Below, piece after piece: positions 61,494 through 64,000 of a DNA stretch of 64,000 bases (positions are counted from its first letter, which is position 1; each line of letters begins with the position of its first letter). Source of the DNA: Anaeramoeba ignava BMAN. Lineage: Eukaryota > Protista > Anaeramoebae. The notes below the pieces were generated by a model that had not been told where the DNA came from, made no database searches, and worked only from the letters and a program-made list of their open reading frames with translations. Where the stretch lies: assembly GCA_028826165.1 (NCBI GenBank), contig JAPDFW010000081.1, positions 1,054,001 to 1,118,000 on the forward strand, given 5' to 3'. Position numbers and translations under genes: made by a program.

Positions 61494-63305
61494 ATGAATG
61501 ATTGTTTATTTTTTGGAAGAAATAAATATTCAAAACTTATCAAAAATAAACCAGAAATAATAACAAAACCAATTCAATTTAAATTTGAAAATGAAAATGA
61601 AAATGAAAATGAAAATGAAAATGAAAAACAAATTAAACAAATTTCATCAAGAGAACTTTCAACAATTTTCCTTTTTGAAAATGGAAAAGCAATAGAATAT
61701 TTAAATAAAAATGATTCAAATCAAAAACCTGAAAAAATCCAAATTGAAAATATTCAAAAAGTAACTGTTGGGAAATTTGTTGTAGCTATTTTAACAATAG
61801 AAGGAAATGTATTTGCCAAAGGAGAATATATTAATACAAATAATCCTGAAGAATTTATCAATATTTCATCATTAATTGAAGATACAAATGATAGAATAAT
61901 TGAAGATATTGTTTCTGGAAATCGTTCAATTTATTTATTAACTTCAAATCAAAATGCTTATGGAATTGGTTCAAATGATTATGGTCAACTTGGTTTAGAT
62001 TCTGAAACACTTAAACAAACAGAAAAACCAATTTTAATGATGAAAAATGTTTCTAAAATATTTTCAGGAATTAATTCATTAGCTGTTTTTCTTTTAAATT
62101 CAAATCAAGAATTATTTGGATGTGGTGATAATGAACATGGTAAACTTGGATTAAGAGAATCAATAAGAAAAGAAAAAAAAATCACAAAATTAACCAAAAT
62201 CCAAAATATTCCAAAAGGCAAAATAATTGATATTAAATGTGGAATTGATCATTCAATAATGTTGATTGAAAATGAAAATCAAAATCAAAATCAAAATCCA
62301 AAAAGAAAACTTTATTCATGTGGGTATTACCAATATAATGGACTTGGAAAATATGAAGATACTTATGAATTTACTGAAATCAAATCATCTTTATTTGAAA
62401 ATGATGATAATATTCTTGAAATTTCTTGTGGATTTGAGCATACTTTGATTTTAACTTCTAATTCAAAATTAATAGTATTTGGAAATAATAATTATAGTCA
62501 ATTAGGAACTGGAAATACAGAAAATGATCAATCAATTCCTATTCAAATTGAACTTCCTAAATTAAGATTTAATGAAAATATTTCTAATTATCATCTTTCT
62601 TGTGGGTCTTATAAATCATTTCTTTACTATTCTTCTTTTTCTTTTTCCAATCTTGAAGAAGATTTGATAAACCTATTTGAAAGAAAAGAATTTTGTGATA
62701 TTTCATTTAAAACCAAAAATGGAGAAATAATTGAAGCTCATAAATTAATATTGAAATATAGATTAAATCAAGATGAAAATCAAATTGAAAAACTTCAAGA
62801 AATTATTTCAAAAAAATCAATTCAAGAATCAAATCAAATATTTGAAATGATTTATTCAAACAATTCCAAAATAAATCCAAAATTATATTCTGAAATTAAA
62901 GAAATTATAAATTCAAATGAAAAAATTGAAGAAACAATGAAAAGAATTTATTTAAATGAAAATGAAAATGAAAAAGAAAAAGATTTTATAATTGAAAGAA
63001 AAGAAAAACAATACAAATTTCCTAAATTAATATTAATAATGAGAAGTGAATTATATCGAGGAATGTTTTTATCTGTAACTGAGGATAAATCTAATAAAGT
63101 TAAAGATTATAGTGAATTAAGTAATAAATCATTTCAAATATTTGAATATTGGATTTATTCAAATCAAATTAAAAATGATATTCAAATTACACAAGAAATA
63201 ATTGAAGAATTAGAAACTGGAATTGATTATTTTCAATTAAATCAAACAAATCCAAATTTATTTGATTTATTAATTAACAAATTTCAAAAACAAAAACAAA
63301 ATTAA
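61494..63305 (+). CDS. RCC1-repeat + BTB-like protein, paralog 4 (intact)
   Basis: Single ORF, same architecture. Confidence 0.92.
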   Translation: MNDCLFFGRNKYSKLIKNKPEIITKPIQFKFENENENENENENEKQIKQISSRELSTIFLFENGKAIEYLNKNDSNQKPEKIQIENIQKVTVGKFVVAILTIEGNVFAKGEYINTNNPEEFINISSLIEDTNDRIIEDIVSGNRSIYLLTSNQNAYGIGSNDYGQLGLDSETLKQTEKPILMMKNVSKIFSGINSLAVFLLNSNQELFGCGDNEHGKLGLRESIRKEKKITKLTKIQNIPKGKIIDIKCGIDHSIMLIENENQNQNQNPKRKLYSCGYYQYNGLGKYEDTYEFTEIKSSLFENDDNILEISCGFEHTLILTSNSKLIVFGNNNYSQLGTGNTENDQSIPIQIELPKLRFNENISNYHLSCGSYKSFLYYSSFSFSNLEEDLINLFERKEFCDISFKTKNGEIIEAHKLILKYRLNQDENQIEKLQEIISKKSIQESNQIFEMIYSNNSKINPKLYSEIKEIINSNEKIEETMKRIYLNENENEKEKDFIIERKEKQYKFPKLILIMRSELYRGMFLSVTEDKSNKVKDYSELSNKSFQIFEYWIYSNQIKNDIQITQEIIEELETGIDYFQLNQTNPNLFDLLINKFQKQKQN

Positions 63306-63985
63306 AATTAAAATTAAAATTAAAATTAAAAATTAAAATTAAAATTAAAAACAAAATTAAAATTAAAATTAAAATTAAAATTAAAATTAAAATTAAAATT
63401 AAAATTAAAATTAAAATTAAAATTAAAATTAAAATTAAAATTAAAATTAAAATTAAAATTAAAATTAAAATTAAAATCAAAATTAAAAATTAAAATTAAA
63501 ATCAAAATCAAAATCAAAATTAAAATTAAAATTAAAATTAAAAATTAAAATTAATATTAAAATTAAAATTAAATTTAAAATCAAAATCAAAAATTAAAAT
63601 TTAAAATTAAAATCAAAATCAAAAATTAAATTTAAAATCAAAATTAAAATCAATATCAAAATTAAAATTAAAATTAAAATTAAAATTAAAATCTTCCAAA
63701 ATTAAAATTAAAATCAAAATCAAAAATTAAAAATCAAAATTAAAAATTAAAATTAAAATTAAAATTAAAATTAAAATTAAAATTAAAATTAAAATTTAAA
63801 ATTAAATTCAAAATTAAAATTAAAATTAAAATTAAAATTAAAAATTAAAATTAAAATTAAAATTAAAATTAAAATTAAAATTTAAAATTAAATTTAAAAT
63901 CAAAATTAAAATTAAAATTAAAATTAAAATCAAAATTAAAATTAAAATTAAAAATCAAAATTAAAATTTAAAATTAAAATCAAAA
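63306..63985 (+). repeat. AAAATT hexamer microsatellite downstream of the RCC1-BTB gene (also at 59247-59415 and 61296-61455)
   Basis: Directly visible tandem hexamers. Confidence 0.9.
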
Positions 63986-64000
63986 TTCATTTTTTCATTT

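Noticed and set aside
24021-63305. Additional inteins in BEACH, FolD, TRM7, SNF8 or the repeat proteins
   Set aside because: No unexplained insert with C/S...HN-(C/S/T) ends was seen; conserved motifs are contiguous
63306-64000. Telomeric repeat at the window end
   Set aside because: Same AAAATT hexamer found after the other RCC1-BTB genes, no G-rich strand, and it ends in the upstream-of-gene TTTTTCATTT motif

Overview
Extremely AT-rich, gene-dense eukaryotic nuclear DNA using the standard code and GT-AG spliceosomal introns. The composition, poly-QN/EN tracts, tandem ankyrin-BTB and RCC1-BTB families and a nuclear intein resemble the anaerobic metamonad Anaeramoeba, but that assignment is inference. 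About 24 protein genes can be supported: a PfkB kinase (3' part), a SUN protein, a frameshifted hypothetical, N6AMT1/MTQ2, an SCI1-like protein, a two-pore channel, ERO1, UMP-CMP kinase, CDC14, a BEACH protein, 3 ankyrin-BTB, SNF8, FolD, 4 RCC1-BTB, a GT61-like glycosyltransferase, TRM7, a 4xCxxC zinc finger and MRNIP. There is also one divergent tRNA-Ile(AAT) and a 144-bp satellite. The main finding is a 277-aa intein (21983-22813, C...HN) inserted inside the catalytic HCxxGxGR loop of CDC14, so the phosphatase's catalytic Cys is also the intein +1 nucleophile; no homing endonuclease is visible in it. Other observations are an obligatory 7-nt microexon in TRM7, an ERO1 ending in KDEL, long introns each filled by its own microsatellite, a TTTTTCATTTT motif before most start codons, and mosaic repeat-plus-BTB families. 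Exon boundaries were derived by hand. Several single-base homopolymer frameshifts are probably assembly errors.
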